DNA of 64,000 nucleotides from an uncultured delta proteobacterium (GTDB lineage: Bacteria > Desulfobacterota > Binatia > JACPRU01). Shown one piece after another: positions 61,473 to 64,000 of this stretch; position 1 is the first letter of the stretch, and every line of letters starts with the position of its first letter. The stretch covers positions 532,211-596,210 of the forward strand of contig CAVUWD010000006.1 of assembly GCA_963745025.1 (NCBI GenBank), read 5' to 3'. The notes below the pieces were generated by a model. That model did no database searches, was not told the origin of the DNA, and saw nothing but the letters and a program-made list of their open reading frames with translations. The position numbers and the translations under genes were made by a program.

Positions 61473-62551
61473 TCACGCCACCGCCTCGATGCGCGCGGAG
61501 CGGATCAAGCCCGCGATCGTCTCGGCCGCCTTGCTCTCCGTTCCTCGCAGGGAACCACCACGCCCGCGAGCAGCAGCGCCGAGGCGTGGAAGTGGCGCAG
61601 CGAGTGAACCGTGAAGGCTCGCTGCGGCAAGCGCCGGCTTGAACCCCTGCTTGTGAAGCGTTCGCCGATGTAGCGGATCGCCCGCGGCGTTCGGGAACAC
61701 TAGACCACGTTTTCCCCTCGGACACGCGAGCCGCCAGCGCCGAAGCTCCCGCACGAGGTCGTCGTCGATCCGAACGACTCGCCGGCCCGCCTCCGTCTTC
61801 GGCTCGTAGACTCGCGCCCCCTTGACCTTCTTCTCCGCACGTTCCGCTCGAGTCTTCGCCCACGAGTCGCTGCGACGGATCGTGAGCGTCCGGCCCTCGA
61901 AGTCGACGTCCGACCATTCGAGCGCCAGAAGCTCGCCTCCCGCGCCCCCGTATGCGCCGCGGCGAGAAAGAACGTCCTGTGGAGCCCCGGCGAAGCCGCG
62001 GCGATCAGTTTCGCCACGTCCTCGGCGCTCGGCACGTTCTCCGCCGTTACGCTCTCGCTTTTCCCGAGTTTCACCGGCTTCACGCCTGCCGCCGGGTTCC
62101 GTGTCAGGTAGGAGTTTGAGATTGCATAGTCGAAAATCGCCTTGAGAGCGGCGAGCGTCTTGTTCATCGTCCTCGGTGCGAGCTTCTTCTCGGTTGCGAG
62201 CTTCGCCTTGAGCGCTTCCACACTCTTTAGGGTCACGAGGTCGACCCGGCTCGGGCCGAGCGCCGGCAGAATGTGGTCGTGAACGTGGTTCTCGAGTCCG
62301 GCAATCGTCGACGGCCGAAGCCCCTCGAGCCTCTTCGCCGTGAGCCATGCCTCGGCCACCTCCCGAAACGTCGGCAGCTCGGCCGGCGCGCGATAGGTCG
62401 CGGTCTTTGCGTCCTTCGCACGATCCGCCAGCGCATCCTTGGCCGCCTTCCGCGTCGGATACGTCTCCCATCGGCGCTTTCCGTCCTGGTCGTAGAAGTC
62501 GAGCAGCCAGCGCCCCGGACGTCCACGCTTCTCGCCGTTTATGATCTTCAT
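61473..62551 (-). pseudogene. Tyrosine integrase, frameshifted and missing the LGH/catalytic Tyr segment
   Basis: Arm domain WLLDFYDQDGKRR, RNPA, TGAR then frameshift near 61945 to GELLALEWSDVD, PKT, HSLRHFHAS, then a deletion. Confidence 0.85.
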
Positions 62552-62556
62552 GGCAG

Positions 62557-62907
62557 TTACCTCCCCGCTCGATAGGAGATGCTGATACGCACACGGGCCG
62601 AGTTCGGGCACCGCTTCTTATGCCGCCCGCCTTCGTTGCCGGTACAAGAGATGACGTCTTCGCCTTGCTCTTCGTGCTGACGCACCATGCGGTTGAGCAG
62701 GGCACCGATACGAAAACCTCCTCCGCGACACTCTGGATTGCTGCACGGGCTTCGGTCGCCGGGAAGGTTTCTCCGCAGATAGGTGAGCGTTCGTCCGTCG
62801 CACCCTTCTCCGGTCTGCTTCACTTTCACGGTCACGTCGGCAACCTCTGGATATATCTCCTCAAACGTTCCCTGCTTCGCGAACACGGGGCCTTTCGTGG
62901 TCTTCAC
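62557..62907 (-). CDS. Cys-rich (putative Zn-binding) hypothetical protein of the mobile element
   Basis: CSNPECRGGGF...CTG.E...CPN; GTGA overlap with the upstream gene and 5 nt from the integrase ATG. Confidence 0.6.
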   Translation of the reverse strand: MKTTKGPVFAKQGTFEEIYPEVADVTVKVKQTGEGCDGRTLTYLRRNLPGDRSPCSNPECRGGGFRIGALLNRMVRQHEEQGEDVISCTGNEGGRHKKRCPNSARVRISISYRAGR

Positions 62908-63122
62908 TTGTGTTTCCTCTTCGTCACCCGCTTGCGCTCGGCACGACCGGTGAGCCCCTCGAGAAGCGGCCGCACGAGCTCCGATACCGTCACGTCCTTC
63001 TCCTCGGCCAGCTTCGCGAGCAGCGCGTGCAAGTCCTCCTCCACGCGGATCACCAAATTCCGCGACGCGCGAAACTTCCTCGGCCGCCCCGAACCCGCTC
63101 TCGGACCGCCCTTCGGTGACAT
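62904..63122 (-). CDS. Ribbon-helix-helix (CopG/Arc-like) protein with GGxRxGxGRP N-terminus
   Basis: GGPRAGSGRPRK...LVIRVEEDLHALLAKLAEEKDVTVSELVRPLL. Confidence 0.75.
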   Translation of the reverse strand: MSPKGGPRAGSGRPRKFRASRNLVIRVEEDLHALLAKLAEEKDVTVSELVRPLLEGLTGRAERKRVTKRKHK

Positions 63123-63129
63123 GACCGAC

Positions 63130-63157
63130 AATCTAGCTTTGTCCTTTGATTTTGCAA
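63130..63157 (-). promoter_or_regulatory. Sigma-70-like promoter giving a leaderless RHH transcript
   Basis: TTGCAA-N16-TAGATT-N7-ATG; no SD sequence. Confidence 0.5.
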
Positions 63158-63275
63158 TGCGGAGATGCGGAGCCAAGGCGGAGAGGTCGCCCGCCGGAGG
63201 ATTCGCGGCGTCGACGGTACGCCGTGGAGCCGTTTCACGGACCTCCGTTGACCGAGCCAGCTCGGTGATGGGATT

Positions 63276-63596
63276 GTGCTTGGCGTGTGCGTCGATCCAA
63301 AAGCAATGGGCATCAAACGTCCGAGAACAACTGCCGACACGGCCGCCGGTCAGGGTTTCGAAGCGCGCTCGCTCGCAATTCAACGCACGATCGCGCTTGC
63401 GACGACTGTCTACGTACTCATCGCAATCTTCCAGCTATACGTCATGAAGCTTCAGGCGCGCACCATGGAAAGGACGCTTCGGCTTACGCAGAAGGCAATT
63501 CTGACGATCGACGCGTTTGATCTCCGATTGGCTGATTCACCGGAACTCGTCATTCACCTCCGAAACGTCGGAAAGCTGCCGGCCGGATTCGCTTGA
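63276..63596 (+). pseudogene. Truncated membrane-anchored hypothetical protein
   Basis: TM helix then ...IHLRNVGKLPA and an early stop. Confidence 0.35.
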
Positions 63597-63644
63597 CTTA
63601 CCCCCCCGCCCCCCCCAAGCCCTCGTATGAGGAGGTAGGACTTC

Positions 63645-63992
63645 GTGGGAAGCTTGCACTGGCTGATCGTGATCCCTTTGTACTTCTTCGCCGCTCTGAC
63701 GTTGCTCCTGTCGTTCATCCTGGTCGCGCGGCTCTTGCGTCTTCGCGTCTCAGTCAACCCCCTCGTCATCGGCGCTGCCGCCATGGCGCTCGGGCTGATC
63801 GTCGCCCCGCTCGTCGCCGGCTGGGCGACCCTCGACGCCTACACGGGCCGTGTCGTGCTCGTGTTGATCGTCGCCTCGTTCGCCGTCGCCGGCCTCGACA
63901 CGCTTCTGCAGTCGTTGCTGCCCCTGCCGCTCGACGACGAGCTGCGCGAATCCCCCGATAGCCACCAGTCTAAGCGGCCGTTCTCGCCGTGA
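63645..63992 (+). CDS. Hypothetical membrane protein
   Basis: GAGGAGGT RBS; three hydrophobic segments. Confidence 0.6.
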   Translation: MGSLHWLIVIPLYFFAALTLLLSFILVARLLRLRVSVNPLVIGAAAMALGLIVAPLVAGWATLDAYTGRVVLVLIVASFAVAGLDTLLQSLLPLPLDDELRESPDSHQSKRPFSP

Positions 63993-64000
63993 CCCCTTAA

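Overview
GC-rich bacterial window. The DUF1302/DUF1329 pair, the deltaproteobacterial-style RpoD and the general gene content suggest Binatia/Myxococcota (inference). Intact genes (moaA, hflKC, an EthA-like BVMO, glgC, nhaR/HPF, recCBD, corA, an OmpR-type two-component system, mltF-like, acyl-CoA synthetase, mscL) are interleaved with about 20 gene stumps and internally deleted genes. The window ends at a tRNA-Ser(TGA) flanked by two convergent tyrosine-integrase remnants. The main observation is missing from the ORF track because it runs off the left edge: an uninterrupted minus-strand frame from 2086 to the window edge (>=695 codons) encoding an RpoD-type sigma-70 factor. In place of region 1.1 it has four tandem ~98-aa XRE/Cro-like HTH repeats, and region 2.4 carries non-canonical residues. 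Second, the same TGAGA-N3-(YYCTCA-N5)x3 operator architecture precedes both secreted-protein genes that flank the two-component system. All family calls come from motif recognition by eye; no database searches were run.
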